In this document: positions 18,878 to 29,387 of the stretch, piece by piece | Layout: the number at the start of each line of letters is the position of its first letter | How positions within the stretch are numbered: the first letter of the stretch is position 1 | Origin: Minisyncoccia bacterium | Lineage (GTDB): Bacteria > Patescibacteriota > Minisyncoccia > Phycocordibacterales > UBA9973 | Assembly: GCA_038322745.1 (NCBI GenBank) | Contig: JBBQGF010000003.1 | Coordinates: 1-39,759 of the forward strand | DNA length: 39,759 bases | Reading direction: 5' to 3' | Translations under genes and position numbers: made by a program | Notes under the pieces: model-generated | Seen by the model: only the letters and a program-made list of their open reading frames with translations | The model's database searches: none | What the model was told of the DNA's origin: nothing

Positions 18878-19076
18878 TTTTAATAAACGAATTTAATATA
18901 AAAAAATACCAACAAGTACAAGTATCTGAGGGGATTTCACTAACCAAAAAATGGGTAAAAAAGCGCAGTAATTAGAAAACTAAGCAAAAAAATGAATTAC
19001 TAGTATCAATTAAGTTCATATATACGATACTACTTATATTATAAATACGTCAATTGATTTAAATATTATCTTAAAT

Positions 19077-19844
19077 TTAAATATCTATCATAATTGGGCA
19101 ATGGTCTGAGCCGATATAATCCGAGAGGGTTGTAAACTTTTTAATTTTTTTAATAAAAGATTTATTTATGAAAAAGTAATCTATTCGCCATCCAACATTA
19201 CGCTCTCTTGCACGAGTTTTCTGGTCCCAGTAAGTGTAAACATCTTTCTTGCCTGGATAAAAATATCGAAATATATCTACCCAATCGTTTAATATCAATT
19301 TATCAATCCATGCTCTTTCGATTGGAAGAAAACCTGTATTTTCGGCATTTGCTTTTGGTCTAGCCAAATCAATTTCAGTATGAGCAGTATTTACATCTCC
19401 ACAGAAAATTACATTGTGTCCTTCTTTTTTTAATTTATTTATAAATTTTAAAAAAACATCATAAAATTCTAATTTATATTCAAGTCTATCTGGGCCACTG
19501 CCACCATTAGGGAAGTATCCATTAATAAGAACAAAATCTTTATAATAAGCTAATACAAGCCTACCTTCATCATCAAAATCTTTAATACCAATTCCATATT
19601 CAACTTTTTCTGGTTCTTTTTTGGAATAAATAGCAACACCACTATAACCTTTTCTTTTTTTAGAATATGAAAAATAAGAATAATAACCTTTTAAATTTCG
19701 AGTTGCTTCATCCAACTGGTCTGGTTCACATTTGGTTTCTTGAAAACAAACAATATCAGGGTTATTAAAAGCAAACAGGGGAGTAAAATACCCTTGCTTG
19801 GCTGTCGCCCTTAAACCATTAGTATTCCAGCTTATTATTTTCAT
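19077..19844 (-). CDS. xth: Exodeoxyribonuclease III / AP endonuclease
   Basis: SWNTNG, QETK, GYSGV, GDVNTAH, GWRIDY, SDHCP. Confidence 0.96.
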   Translation of the reverse strand: MKIISWNTNGLRATAKQGYFTPLFAFNNPDIVCFQETKCEPDQLDEATRNLKGYYSYFSYSKKRKGYSGVAIYSKKEPEKVEYGIGIKDFDDEGRLVLAYYKDFVLINGYFPNGGSGPDRLEYKLEFYDVFLKFINKLKKEGHNVIFCGDVNTAHTEIDLARPKANAENTGFLPIERAWIDKLILNDWVDIFRYFYPGKKDVYTYWDQKTRARERNVGWRIDYFFINKSFIKKIKKFTTLSDYIGSDHCPIMIDI

Positions 19845-19847
19845 TTT

Positions 19848-20498
19848 TTATTTTACTTTTTTAAAAAGAGTTTCAACTAAAGCTAATTCACTAGGTCTTT
19901 CAACGAATTCAATATTTTGCTTAACTGAAATTAATTTATCACTAAAAATATTTTTTATTTCATTTTTATCAAAAAAATGATAATGTACTCCATGCTTTTC
20001 AAATTCTCCATCTTCTGATGATTTAGGATGAAATTCTAAAAAATTTTGTGTTTCTTTAGAAAAAGAGATATTTAAATAAAATCCACCCACTTTTAATACT
20101 CGATTAATTTGGTATATATATTTTTCCCAATCTTCTTTATAAAGATGATCAAGTAAACCCATATCACAAACACCATCAAAACTATTGTCTTCAAATGAAA
20201 TATCAAGAGCATCTCCCTCAATAAATCTTAATCTACCCTCTAATCCCCAATCTTTAATATCAAGATTAACTTTATCTACAATATTTTTTTCAAAATCAAT
20301 TCCAATAACTTTATAACCTGACTCAGCTAACATTTTTGCAAAAAGTCCACGCCCTGAACCAATATCTAAAATAATTGAATCTTTAGCTAAGTTCTCCATA
20401 AAGTTCTTCCCTCTATTCTTAAAGGGGAGGTGAGTCCAAATATCACTCCCTGTCTTGTATGCTGTCTTGAAAAAGAATTTGTGTTCTGTATAATCCAT
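19848..20498 (-). CDS. Class I SAM-dependent methyltransferase
   Basis: ILDIGSGRG, GIDF, GDAL, FDGV, RVLKVGG. Confidence 0.9.
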   Translation of the reverse strand: MDYTEHKFFFKTAYKTGSDIWTHLPFKNRGKNFMENLAKDSIILDIGSGRGLFAKMLAESGYKVIGIDFEKNIVDKVNLDIKDWGLEGRLRFIEGDALDISFEDNSFDGVCDMGLLDHLYKEDWEKYIYQINRVLKVGGFYLNISFSKETQNFLEFHPKSSEDGEFEKHGVHYHFFDKNEIKNIFSDKLISVKQNIEFVERPSELALVETLFKKVK

Positions 20499-20515
20499 AT
20501 TATTATTATAACTTT

Positions 20516-21460
20516 TTATTTATCAGAATGGAACTTCTTATGTACGTCACGAAGTTGCTTGTCTGTAACATGAGTATATATTTGTGTAGTAGCAATATTG
20601 GCATGACCAAGCATCATTTGTACAGAGCGGATATCAGCACCATTTGAAAGTAAATCCGTTGCAAAAGAGTGACGAATGACGTGAGGTGTTACTTTTTTAG
20701 AAATTCCAGCTTTTATTGCATAGTATTTTACTATTCTCTCAATGGAACGGGGTGTTAATCTATTACTTTTACTACTATTTCTTGAATATTGAACAAACAT
20801 TGGTTCATCTAAGTCCTTTCTATTTTTTAAATATCCTCTTATAGCGTTTTTAGCGGAGTCTGATAAAAATACTACTCGTACTTTTTCTCCTTTACCACGA
20901 ATTGAAAATTCATCTTTTGATAAATCTAAATCTCTATTAAGAGAGCAAAGTTCAGAAAGACGAAGTCCTGTGGAGAAAAATAGTTCAAGAATAGCTTTAT
21001 CTCTTAAAATCTTTGACTGTGCAAATAAAGATACATCTTTTTCGTTAATATTAGTAATTGGGGCATTCAAAAGTCTTCCTAGTTCATCTCCAGAAATTAA
21101 ATCAAGTGAGCGTTCTTTTATTTTAGCTAGTTCTATTCGATCAGGTGGTAGGGAAGTGATAGAGCGTTTCATGAGATATTTTAAAAATGAACGTAGAGCA
21201 ATGAGATGATAGTTTTGAGTATTCTTTTTTAAAGTTCCAGATTGTTGCCCTTTAGCCTTTACTCCGGGTTGACGATTTAAATAAAGTCGGAATTCACGAA
21301 TTTTATCATCTGATATTTCTTTTGGTTCACTTATTTTAGAAAATTCAAAAAAACGACTTAAATAATGGTCATAATTATTTACAGTTTTAAGACTATTTCC
21401 TTTCTCTATTTCAACATGCTCAAGAAATTCTCTTTTAAGTTGATCTAGTTGTGTTGCCAT
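20516..21460 (-). CDS. XerC/XerD-family tyrosine recombinase (start likely ATG 21460)
   Basis: Catalytic set intact: TGLRLSEL, GKGEK, HVIRHSFAT, LGH, TQIY; N-terminal SAM-like domain. Confidence 0.92.
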   Translation of the reverse strand: MATQLDQLKREFLEHVEIEKGNSLKTVNNYDHYLSRFFEFSKISEPKEISDDKIREFRLYLNRQPGVKAKGQQSGTLKKNTQNYHLIALRSFLKYLMKRSITSLPPDRIELAKIKERSLDLISGDELGRLLNAPITNINEKDVSLFAQSKILRDKAILELFFSTGLRLSELCSLNRDLDLSKDEFSIRGKGEKVRVVFLSDSAKNAIRGYLKNRKDLDEPMFVQYSRNSSKSNRLTPRSIERIVKYYAIKAGISKKVTPHVIRHSFATDLLSNGADIRSVQMMLGHANIATTQIYTHVTDKQLRDVHKKFHSDK

Positions 21461-21597
21461 ACATATATTATACACTTTGTGTGTAAGTGTCGCAAAATAA
21501 TTGTCTAAATCAATAAAATTATTAAGCTTATATATAAATCCCTTAGTTTAATGTCTCCCTTGCATTTATCTATAATATATGCTAATATATGCGAATC

Positions 21598-21858
21598 ATG
21601 TTAACAACAAAGAAAAAGCAAAATATTATAAAGAAGAACCAGCTTCATGATAAAGACACTGGAAGTCCTGAAGTACAGATAGCTATTATCAGTAAAAGGA
21701 TAGAAGAATTAGCTGGTCACCTAAAAGAACACAAAAAGGACAACCATTCACGCCGAGGATTAATAAAAATGGTAGCAGATCGCAGAACACACCTTAAATA
21801 TCTAGAAAAAACAGACAAAGCTCGTCACGAAATAGAAGTTAAAAAAATTAAAGCTTAA
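21598..21858 (+). CDS. rpsO: 30S ribosomal protein S15
   Basis: [25 protein letters not shown]. Confidence 0.97.
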   Translation: MLTTKKKQNIIKKNQLHDKDTGSPEVQIAIISKRIEELAGHLKEHKKDNHSRRGLIKMVADRRTHLKYLEKTDKARHEIEVKKIKA

Positions 21859-21901
21859 CAAAAAACTCTCTCGACTTTAGTCGAGAGAGTTTTTTGTTAA
21901 G
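21854..21901 (+). terminator. Long perfect hairpin terminator after rpsO
   Basis: CTTAACAAAAAACTCTCTCGACT-TT-AGTCGAGAGAGTTTTTTGTTAAG. Confidence 0.8.
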
Positions 21902-22047
21902 TAGCAATAAATAATAAAAGTTAGTATTATTAAAAGATACACTATATATAGTGTACGAAGTTGGTCGATAAAATTTTATACAAATAAGTTAATACAATAT
22001 ATGTCGAGTTTTTAAATATAATTAAACGACATAATTTTAATAAAAAA

Positions 22048-22548
22048 ATGAATATAATAAAACACAAAGAACAGAGAGTTGGAGTATTTATAGACACATC
22101 AAATCTATATCACTCAGCTAAAAATTTATACAAAAGAAAAGTAAATTTCGGAGCAGTTTTAAAAGATGCAGTTGCGGGACGTAAACTCGTTCGAGCAATA
22201 GCATATTTAATAACTGCAGAAGGAGGAGAGGAGCAAGGATTTTTTGATGCATTACACAAACAAGGGATTGAAACTAAAATAAAAGATTTACAAGTTTTTG
22301 CTGGTGGTGCAAAGAAAGGTGACTGGGATATTGGAATGGCTGTTGATGCGATGAAGATGGCATCGCGTCTTGATGCTGTTGTTCTTGTAACAGGGGATGG
22401 GGACTTTGTTCCATTAGTAGAATACATGCAAACAATGACACAAGTTGAAGTCATATCATTCGGTAAATCTGCTAGTATGAGACTAAAAGAACAGGCAGAT
22501 GATTTTCTTGATTTATCTGAAAATCCAAGAAAGTATTTACTGAATTAA
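22048..22548 (+). CDS. NYN domain (LabA/DUF88, PIN-like) protein
   Basis: VFIDTSN, KGDWDIGMAVD, LVTGDGDF, LKEQADDF. Confidence 0.92.
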   Translation: MNIIKHKEQRVGVFIDTSNLYHSAKNLYKRKVNFGAVLKDAVAGRKLVRAIAYLITAEGGEEQGFFDALHKQGIETKIKDLQVFAGGAKKGDWDIGMAVDAMKMASRLDAVVLVTGDGDFVPLVEYMQTMTQVEVISFGKSASMRLKEQADDFLDLSENPRKYLLN

Positions 22549-22556
22549 AATATTAT

Positions 22557-22607
22557 TTAAAATAAAGTCCTCACTACTTTTCAAAGTCAGTGAGAATTTT
22601 ATTTTAA
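22557..22607 (+). terminator. Probable terminator after the NYN gene
   Basis: TTAAAATAAA..CTCACT..AGTGAG..TTTATTTTAA imperfect hairpin. Confidence 0.5.
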
Positions 22608-22692
22608 TATATTCAAGTATATAAAGTTTACGAATAGTTGTCATTTTATGAATTAAATATAATTAATATTTATAAATTATATTTAATTTTAT

Positions 22693-22815
22693 TAGTCTTC
22701 CTAAAATGAGAGGTTTCTGTTAGACTAGAAATATTAACAATTATTAATATCTAATCTCTGGACAGATAGAGTTGAAGCCCTAAATATAGGTTTCAAAACT
22801 AGAGTCTGGAGACTA
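22693..22815 (+). promoter_or_regulatory. Structured pnp 5' leader
   Basis: TAGTCTTCC pairs with GGAGACTA and encloses nested hairpins. Confidence 0.45.
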
Positions 22816-22827
22816 GACATATAAATT

Positions 22828-24954
22828 ATGCAAAGTAAAGAATACGAAGTAGAGATAGGTGGTAAAAAAATTATCGCTATGTTTTCTGATTTAGCAGATC
22901 AAGCAAATGGTTCAGTTATTTTAAAAAGCGAAGGAACGGTTGTCATGGCAACTGCAGTTATCTCAAAAGATGGAGCAAAGAATATGGGGTTTTTTAATCT
23001 AACAGTTGAGTATTTGGAAAAGTTTTATGCTGCAGGAAAAATCCTCGGTGGTCAATATAATAAAAGAGAGGGAAGACCAAGTGACCAAGCCATACTGGCG
23101 GCTCGTATGATTGACCGTACCATACGTCCACTTTTTGACCAACACATAAAAAATGCAGTTCAGGTTATAGTGACAGTTATTGCGATAGGTGATACTGATC
23201 CAAAAACTCTTGGAATCAATGCTGTATCAATTGCACTTCATATGTCAGACATTCCTTGGAATGGACCAGTGGGCGCTATTCATATTAGTCGCACAAAAGA
23301 GAATCAGGATATAAAAGTAAATCATTATATAGCAGCAGAAGATGAAGCTGTTTATGAAATTGATTTACTTGTTTGCGGAAAAGACAAAACAATAAACATG
23401 ATAGAGGCAATGTCTTTTGAGTTAGGAGAGGAGGAGATGGGTAAATGTTTTGATATAGCTTCTGTTGAGATTTCAAAATGGGAAGATTTCCAAAAGAAAT
23501 TATATAGTGAGTTCGGAAAAACAAAACTATCATTTCCAAAACAACAAATAGCAAGTGATGATATCGCTCTGTTTGATGAAAAAATAAAACCAATGCTCGA
23601 AGAAAAACTTTTCAGTAATGAGAGTAAAAAAGTTTCACGAGATGCTGAAACATTGTGGAAAGAAATATTAGAAGAGAAATATAAGGATGCAGAGAGTGAT
23701 ATTGAAAAAGATATTGCTGAAGATTATTTACATCACTATCTTGATGGTGCGTTTCACAGTGCAGCTCTCGTTAAAGGTATTCGTGCAGACGGAAGAGATC
23801 TCGATGAAATAAGAAAACTTTATGCAAAAGCTGGTGGAATATCAGAAATACTACATGGTTCCGGAATATTTTACCGTGGTGAAACACATGTGATGTCTTT
23901 TCTAGCACTTGGTGGACCAGAAGATATGCTAACAGTGCAAGCAATGGAATCAGAATCTAAAAAGCGTTTCATGCATCACTACAATTTTCCTCCATATTCT
24001 GGAGGTGAAACAGGGCGTGTTGGTGGAATAAATCGTAGAGAAATGGGACATGGATTTCTAGCAGAAAAAGCTCTAACTCCAGTAATACCTAGTAAAATAG
24101 ATTTTCCATATACTATTCGAGTTGTTTCAGAATCAACAGCTTCAAACGGTTCTACTTCTCAAGCTTCAATATGTGCGATGACAATAGCATTAATGGATGG
24201 TGGTGTGCCAATAAAAACACCAGTTGCAGGTATTTCTATCGGACTAATGTCTGATGAAATGGACAACAGTAAATATGTTTTACTCTCGGATATTCAAGGA
24301 CCCGAGGACCATTACGGTGATATGGATTTCAAAGTTGCAGGAACCAAAGATGGAATTACAGCAATTCAATTAGATGTAAAAGTAGCTGGAGTACCTATCG
24401 TAGTTTTGAAAGAAGCTTTAGCTCGTGCAAAAACAGCCCGTCTAAAAATATTAGAAACAATCATATCTGAAATACCTCAACCACGAACAAGTATTTCTCC
24501 AAGAGCTCCAATGATTTTGACTGTCAAAATAAAGAAGGATCAAATAGGAATGGTTATCGGTCCTAATGGAAAAAATATAAATGCAATCCGTGAAAAAACT
24601 GGAACAGAAATAACAATTGAAGAAGATGGAACAGTATTCGTAACTGGTAAAAATGGAGGAGCAGAAGAAGCAGTAAAAATAATAGAATCAATGACTCATG
24701 AGTATAAAGTAGGTGATACAGCAGAAGGAACAATTGTTAAACTTATGGAATTTGGAGCCTTTGTTAATATAGGTGGAGATACAGAAGGACTTGTTCACAT
24801 ATCTGAGATAGCACCATTCCGAGTAGAAAAAGTATCTGATATTGTTAAAGAGGGAGATAGGGTCCCAGTAAAAATAATAAAAGTTGATGAAAGAGGAAGA
24901 CTTAATTTCTCTATTAAAGAAGCCAATAAAGATTTTTTCAAACCAAAAGTTTAA
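22828..24954 (+). CDS. pnp: Polyribonucleotide nucleotidyltransferase (PNPase)
   Basis: HYNFPPYS, RREMGHG, SNGS, EDHYGDMDFKVAG, KH and S1 domains. Confidence 0.97.
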   Translation: MQSKEYEVEIGGKKIIAMFSDLADQANGSVILKSEGTVVMATAVISKDGAKNMGFFNLTVEYLEKFYAAGKILGGQYNKREGRPSDQAILAARMIDRTIRPLFDQHIKNAVQVIVTVIAIGDTDPKTLGINAVSIALHMSDIPWNGPVGAIHISRTKENQDIKVNHYIAAEDEAVYEIDLLVCGKDKTINMIEAMSFELGEEEMGKCFDIASVEISKWEDFQKKLYSEFGKTKLSFPKQQIASDDIALFDEKIKPMLEEKLFSNESKKVSRDAETLWKEILEEKYKDAESDIEKDIAEDYLHHYLDGAFHSAALVKGIRADGRDLDEIRKLYAKAGGISEILHGSGIFYRGETHVMSFLALGGPEDMLTVQAMESESKKRFMHHYNFPPYSGGETGRVGGINRREMGHGFLAEKALTPVIPSKIDFPYTIRVVSESTASNGSTSQASICAMTIALMDGGVPIKTPVAGISIGLMSDEMDNSKYVLLSDIQGPEDHYGDMDFKVAGTKDGITAIQLDVKVAGVPIVVLKEALARAKTARLKILETIISEIPQPRTSISPRAPMILTVKIKKDQIGMVIGPNGKNINAIREKTGTEITIEEDGTVFVTGKNGGAEEAVKIIESMTHEYKVGDTAEGTIVKLMEFGAFVNIGGDTEGLVHISEIAPFRVEKVSDIVKEGDRVPVKIIKVDERGRLNFSIKEANKDFFKPKV

Positions 24955-25050
24955 TTAAATAAATATTTTTAAAAAATAAAGATTCCTTAATTCATATTAT
25001 TATATTATAATTAATAATAGATAAGATAATTAAATTTATCTCTCAAAAAA

Positions 25051-25968
25051 ATGGATGAAAATGATAAAAAATTAAATAGTAAAACAAATTTGAAAACTCT
25101 CAGAACTTATATGTCTGATATGGCTGACACTGTTCGTTCAAATGATATTTCTGTTATTAAAGTTGCTCTCGCAGAACAGAATAAGCATGAGCGTGAAGAT
25201 TTGTACAGAAAAGTAGAGGGCTCTAGTTCAAAAAAGGCTTTTTGGATTATTGGTGGAATTATTTTGATTGGTGCTGCAATTTATGGTTCATATTTTATTT
25301 TTAAACAAAAAGCAAAAAATGATGCACCTCAACCTATGCAGAAAATTGAATCAATTATTTCCTATGATGAAATTACAAATGTTGATTTAACTGGTGCTGA
25401 AAATCTAAACGATAAATTAATTTCTATTAAAAAAGAAATTATTAAATCAAATAAAAATGGATTAATAAAATATATTCCTATCACAAAAGAAACAATGGGG
25501 GTAAAAGAAAAAGTTTTAGTAAGTAAACTTTTTTCCCTAATGGAAACTACAGCTCCTTCATCGTTAGTTCGTTCATTGTCTGATTCATATATGATGGGTG
25601 TTTATATAAAAAATCCTAGTGCAAGTATTGAAACTGATGATGGAAAACCAAATTTGTTTATGATACTAGAAACAAATGATTACGACTTCTCTTATGCGGG
25701 AATGCTAGAATGGGAAAAAACAATTGCCGGTGATATGTTTAATTTATTTGAATTTAAAACAAATGATAATAAAACTGAATTAGGGAAAAAACAGTTCAAG
25801 GATATTATAATAGATAACAAAGATGCACGTGTTCTTTATTCTGAAGATAACAAACCATTACTTTATTATATATTTACAAATAAAAGTAAAATTATTATCA
25901 CAGATAGCCAAGATGCAATTAGGGAAATATTAGGGAGATTAATTATAAAAAACATAAAACCATTGTAA
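25051..25968 (+). CDS. Hypothetical single-pass membrane protein
   Basis: 305-aa ORF with one TM helix (AFWIIGGIILIGAAIYG); no recognised domain. Confidence 0.8.
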   Translation: MDENDKKLNSKTNLKTLRTYMSDMADTVRSNDISVIKVALAEQNKHEREDLYRKVEGSSSKKAFWIIGGIILIGAAIYGSYFIFKQKAKNDAPQPMQKIESIISYDEITNVDLTGAENLNDKLISIKKEIIKSNKNGLIKYIPITKETMGVKEKVLVSKLFSLMETTAPSSLVRSLSDSYMMGVYIKNPSASIETDDGKPNLFMILETNDYDFSYAGMLEWEKTIAGDMFNLFEFKTNDNKTELGKKQFKDIIIDNKDARVLYSEDNKPLLYYIFTNKSKIIITDSQDAIREILGRLIIKNIKPL

Positions 25969-26124
25969 GATTGCCATTTATCAAATTCATGATAAAATAA
26001 ATATAGTCCCATTAAAGATTATAATTTTACAATAACGGGATTATATAAATAAAATTAGTTGAATATTATTAGATAAATTAATTAAGATAGACCTGTTCAA
26101 AGTAGAAGGGCTATCTCAAGTGAG

Positions 26125-26484
26125 ATGGAAAAATATAAAGCAAAACTAGAAGAAGAAAAGAATTTATTAATTGAAGAATTAAAATCACTTGGTAAAATAG
26201 ATACTGAAACTGGTGATTGGGAAGCTACTCCAGAGGGAGAAGAGTTCGTTCAAGAAGTTCAGGATGAGGCTGATATGTCAGAGAGAGCAGAAGACTATGA
26301 GGAGAAATCTATGAAACTTGCAGCATTGGAATCTAGACTAAATGATGTTAATCATGCGTTAACTCTTATTGGAACAGATGAATTTGGTATTTGTGAAGTA
26401 TGTAAAATTAAGATAGAGGAAGAACGTCTAGAAGCTAACCCAAGTGCTAGAACATGTGAAGTTTGTATGGAAAAAGTTATCTAA
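26125..26484 (+). CDS. DksA/TraR C4-type zinc finger protein
   Basis: Coiled coil with acidic tip DEADMS, FGICEVC...IEEERLEANPSARTCEVC. Confidence 0.9.
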   Translation: MEKYKAKLEEEKNLLIEELKSLGKIDTETGDWEATPEGEEFVQEVQDEADMSERAEDYEEKSMKLAALESRLNDVNHALTLIGTDEFGICEVCKIKIEEERLEANPSARTCEVCMEKVI

Positions 26485-26517
26485 TAAAATGCCCAAAATT
26501 TAATTTTGGGCATTTTA
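26485..26517 (+). terminator. Hairpin between the dksA-like gene and comM
   Basis: TAAAATGCCCAAAATT-T-AATTTTGGGCATTTTA. Confidence 0.7.
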
Positions 26518-26524
26518 AATTCTT

Positions 26525-28093
26525 ATGTCATTTTCAAGAATATATTCAGCTCAAACACATCTTTTAAAAGGAAAGATAGTTACAATAGAAGTAGATATAA
26601 CAAAGAATACTTTGCATTCATTTACTCTTGTTGGATTACCAGATAAAGCAGTTGATGAATCAAAAGATAGAATGAGCTCTGCTTTAAAAAACTCAGGATT
26701 TAATTCCCCTAAAAATCAAAATCAAAAAATAGTTATTTCTTTATCACCAGCTGATATTAAAAAAGAGGGACCTTATTTTGATTTAGCTATTGCTCTTGCC
26801 TATTTACTTTCAGCCGAAGAAATAAATTTTGATCCAACTGGTAAATTATTTCTGGGTGAATTATCACTTAATGGAGAACTCAGACCCATAAAAGGAGTTT
26901 TACCATTAACAGAAGTAGCTCAAAAACTTGGATATAAAGAAATTTTTCTTCCATATGAAAATAGAGAGGAAGCAGCATTAATAGATGGAATAACTATATA
27001 TGGAGCAAAAACTTTGAGAGAAGTAATAGACCATGTTCATCAAATAAGATATGACAAAAATGGAAAACCATTAGAACCAGAAAGGTCTAAAATATTACCG
27101 CAACCAAAAACTGAAATAACAATTTCTAATACAGATGAGGGAATAGATTTTTCAGATGTAAAAGGACAAGAAAGTGCAAAAAGGGGATTAGAAATTGCAG
27201 CTGCTGGTGGACATAACATAGCGATGTCAGGACCACCAGGAACTGGCAAGACAATGTTGGCAAAAGTTTTTTCAAATATATTACCTGAATTAAGTAGGGA
27301 AGATATTTTAGAAATTACTGGTATCCATTCAATAGTCTTGTCACTCGAAGACGGACTTGTAACAAGAGCCCCATTTCGTTCACCACACCATACAGCTAGT
27401 TACGTTTCGATGATAGGTGGTGGAGCTAATCCAAAACCTGGAGAAGTTACACTTGCACATAGAGGAGTTTTGTTTATGGATGAATTTCCTGAGTTTGAAA
27501 AAAGAGTTCTTGAATCACTTCGTCAACCACTCGAAGATAATATTGTTTCTATTTCTCGAGCAAAGGGTTCGGCTATTTTTCCATCAAACTTTTTATTAGT
27601 TGCGGCTATGAATCCATGTCCATGTGGGAATAAAGGGAGTAAACAAAAAGAATGTATCTGCAAACCATTTGATTTGGATAGATACAAGAGAAAGCTTTCA
27701 GGACCAATTATGGACCGTATAGATATTTGGGTAAATGTTATGAATGTAGATTATGATAAATTATCAAATGATATACCAAGTGGAGAAAATACAAAAATAA
27801 TAAGAGCACGAGTTAAAATAGCTAGAGATATACAAAATAAGAGATTTAAAAATGGTACAAGAAAAATAACATTAAATAGTGAGATGAATGTTAAAGATTT
27901 AGGAATATATGCACCACTAACATTGGAAATAAAAAATCTCTTAAACCAAAGTGCTGAACGACTACAACTCTCAGCACGTGCCTATCATCGCACAATCAAA
28001 CTTGCCCGCACTATCGCAGACTTAGAAGGAAAAGATAATATTGAAACACAACACATATTGGAAGCATTACAATATAGACCGAGAGAAAATTAG
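26525..28093 (+). CDS. comM: ComM / YifB family AAA+ ATPase
   Basis: VGLPDKAV, GELSLNG, GPPGTGKT, FRSPHHT, LAHRGVLFMDE, MNPCPCG, ARTIADL. Confidence 0.94.
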   Translation: MSFSRIYSAQTHLLKGKIVTIEVDITKNTLHSFTLVGLPDKAVDESKDRMSSALKNSGFNSPKNQNQKIVISLSPADIKKEGPYFDLAIALAYLLSAEEINFDPTGKLFLGELSLNGELRPIKGVLPLTEVAQKLGYKEIFLPYENREEAALIDGITIYGAKTLREVIDHVHQIRYDKNGKPLEPERSKILPQPKTEITISNTDEGIDFSDVKGQESAKRGLEIAAAGGHNIAMSGPPGTGKTMLAKVFSNILPELSREDILEITGIHSIVLSLEDGLVTRAPFRSPHHTASYVSMIGGGANPKPGEVTLAHRGVLFMDEFPEFEKRVLESLRQPLEDNIVSISRAKGSAIFPSNFLLVAAMNPCPCGNKGSKQKECICKPFDLDRYKRKLSGPIMDRIDIWVNVMNVDYDKLSNDIPSGENTKIIRARVKIARDIQNKRFKNGTRKITLNSEMNVKDLGIYAPLTLEIKNLLNQSAERLQLSARAYHRTIKLARTIADLEGKDNIETQHILEALQYRPREN

Positions 28094-28106
28094 CTATCAA
28101 TTCGAA

Positions 28107-28143
28107 AAGAAAGGCAGTTTGGCAAAGCCAAACCGCCTTTCTT
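28107..28143. terminator. Bidirectional terminator
   Basis: AAGAAAGGCAGTTTGGC-AAA-GCCAAACCGCCTTTCTT between convergent genes. Confidence 0.75.
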
Positions 28144-28166
28144 GATTTTTATTTCATTATTATTAA

Positions 28167-29288
28167 TTATCTAACTCCTGGGTTGATTGTTGAACCATTA
28201 CTCTTTTCAATTTGAAAATGTAGATGTGATCCCGTAGAACGTCCGGTATTACCCATCGCTCCTATTAGTTCCCCTTTAGAAACTTCATCACCAATTGAAA
28301 CTTTTACTTTTGATAAGTGAGCATATCTAGTAAATAGCCCATTCTCATGTTCTATTATTATATAATTCCCATATTTTCCACCACAACTTATACGACCCTC
28401 AACACAAGAACCTATAACTTCAACTATTTTACCCTCAGCAGCAGCAACTATTGCTGTGCCTCGAACATTTCCAATATCTACACCAGCGTGGAATGACCCT
28501 TTTCTTGAACCGTAAGGTGAAGTAACTGGACCTAAAGCAGGCCTAATAAAATAACCAGATTCCATTTTAACCCCTGAATCATGTGTAAGAGTTTTCTTTA
28601 TTCCAGAAGGTTTTGAAGCCACAACAACTACTGTTTTTATAATACCGTTAGGTATTATAAGTATTTCACCTTGTTTTAAAGAAGAAGACCTAGTTACATC
28701 ATTGTAAATCATAACTTCATCCACATCGGCATCATATTTTGCGGCTATTTTATCTAAAGTATCACCTTTTTTTATAATATGTTTAACTCCGGTGACAGGA
28801 AGAATGCTTAATTTTTGTCCTTCTTTCAAAACTTTTGATTTTAGATTATTTTCCCAAATAATTGTATTCATAGATAAACCATATGTGTCTGCAATTTCAG
28901 ACAATGTATCTCCTTTTTGGACTTCATAGGTTATTATTTCTCCAGTTGTCTCAGTTTCGGATCCAGTAGCACCGCTAAGGTTTTCAAAAGGAAGTAGGGC
29001 ATCTCCTTCTGAGGCAAAAGTCATGGAGTTATTTTTAACATTTTTAGCATTTGATTCAATTGTATTGGTCTCCAATAATTGCATACTCTGTAAATTAAAA
29101 TCTGAATTATCATTATCTGGATTTTCAGCTGCTTGAGTATCTTGTCCTAATATATTTACTACTAAATCCCCAAAAACACTAAAAGCGCTTGCATTCGCTA
29201 CTGAAGGTGCTCCAATAATAAGAGAGATTAGTATAAAAAAAGAATAAATCTTAATGATATAAGACTTGGTAAATATAGATATTTTCAT
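28167..29288 (-). CDS. 2x LysM plus M23 metallopeptidase (start likely ATG 29288)
   Basis: YEVQKGDTLSEIA, HIIKKGDTLDKIA, HAGVD, YAHL, GRSTGSHLHF. Confidence 0.93.
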   Translation of the reverse strand: MKISIFTKSYIIKIYSFFILISLIIGAPSVANASAFSVFGDLVVNILGQDTQAAENPDNDNSDFNLQSMQLLETNTIESNAKNVKNNSMTFASEGDALLPFENLSGATGSETETTGEIITYEVQKGDTLSEIADTYGLSMNTIIWENNLKSKVLKEGQKLSILPVTGVKHIIKKGDTLDKIAAKYDADVDEVMIYNDVTRSSSLKQGEILIIPNGIIKTVVVVASKPSGIKKTLTHDSGVKMESGYFIRPALGPVTSPYGSRKGSFHAGVDIGNVRGTAIVAAAEGKIVEVIGSCVEGRISCGGKYGNYIIIEHENGLFTRYAHLSKVKVSIGDEVSKGELIGAMGNTGRSTGSHLHFQIEKSNGSTINPGVR

Positions 29289-29387
29289 CTTGTGGTTTTC
29301 TTGCTTGTACAATTCACCATTAGAATCTTTTGTTTTGAGTTTAATAAGCCTAATTAAATATTACAACACATTACCCCAGAACTGGAA

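Noticed and set aside
18880-19050. Small hydrophobic minus-strand ORF from ATG 19019
   Set aside because: Stops after 15 codons and would need a frameshift in a homopolymer run.
20516-21475. Integrase of a genomic island, or a nearby dif site
   Set aside because: The sequence is housekeeping Xer-like, its neighbours are core genes, and no att or dif site was recognised.
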